A stretch of 45,732 nt of DNA from a bacterium (GTDB taxonomy: Bacteria; Patescibacteriota; Patescibacteriia; UBA9934). This document shows positions 45,605 to 45,732 of the stretch, one piece after another (position 1 is the stretch's first letter; each line of letters opens with the position of its first letter). Position numbers and translations under genes: made by a program. The notes beneath the pieces were generated by a model. The model was not told the DNA's origin and did no database searches. It saw only the letters and a program-made list of their open reading frames with translations. Where the stretch lies: assembly GCA_020053275.1 (NCBI GenBank), contig JAGVNL010000017.1, positions 1-45,732 on the forward strand, read 5' to 3'.

Positions 45605-45732
45605 GAGCCTGTAGTCAACGAAGACGAGTGGGATGTCGCTTCTGTCGAGGGAGGAATAGCATTTTGAAGGCCGTCGATTCCCTCAAGTAATAATCGACGA
45701 GCGTCTAAATGCCCGACTGAGAAAAGAAGTGA
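45605..45732. repeat. E1-family element, copy truncated by the window end
   Basis: gagcctgtagtcaacgaagacgagtgggatgtcgcttctgtcga... matches 22091 onward. Positions 45659-45732 are identical to 3-76. Confidence 0.85.

Overview
Gene-dense 45.7 kb chromosomal window from a small-genome bacterium. It looks like Patescibacteria/CPR: short MetK, Pgk and EF-Ts, a secretin-less type IV pilus locus, FemX, DUF3048, a four-helix-bundle protein and many apparently leaderless genes. This taxonomic call is inference only. TGA is a normal stop (pgk, eno), so the standard bacterial code applies.

Core content:
- Cell wall: murD, mraY-ftsW-murG, rodA, a FemAB-like gene.
- Lipid-linked glycosylation cassette: GT39, GtrA, GT2.
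- One long minus-strand operon, gap-doxX-ndh-pgk-X-SIMPL-eno.
- Translation and other housekeeping genes: tRNA-Lys, rpmA, tsf, rpsB, rpmE, prfA, prmC, rplY, rplK, rplA, secE, nusG, queA, metK, gyrB, ruvA.

Accessory or unusual content:
1. Modular GC-rich imperfect-palindromic intergenic elements of about 120-180 nt, in at least 8 copies and 3-4 families. Several show compensatory stem substitutions and share a TTTTTATTGAG boundary.
2. A roughly 37-nt hairpin mini-repeat. It sits in frame in two secreted-protein genes and once at the prmC start.
3. A compact lexA - two small ORFs - dinB cassette, with a 7-N8-7 palindrome flanking the lexA -10 box.
4. A decayed diversity-generating-retroelement remnant: a broken NLTSQ-type RT and a divergent Avd-like four-helix-bundle gene, separated by a C10 tract.
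5. Two GC-rich orphan ORFs. One reads in frame into the SIMPL gene.
6. A type IV pilus locus: major pilin, PilB, PilC and four minor pilins.
7. TGCTATA(A/C)T extended -10 boxes lying 5-11 nt from start codons.

No rRNA, CRISPR array or transposase was seen. All coordinates and motifs were read by eye from the sequence. No database search was run.
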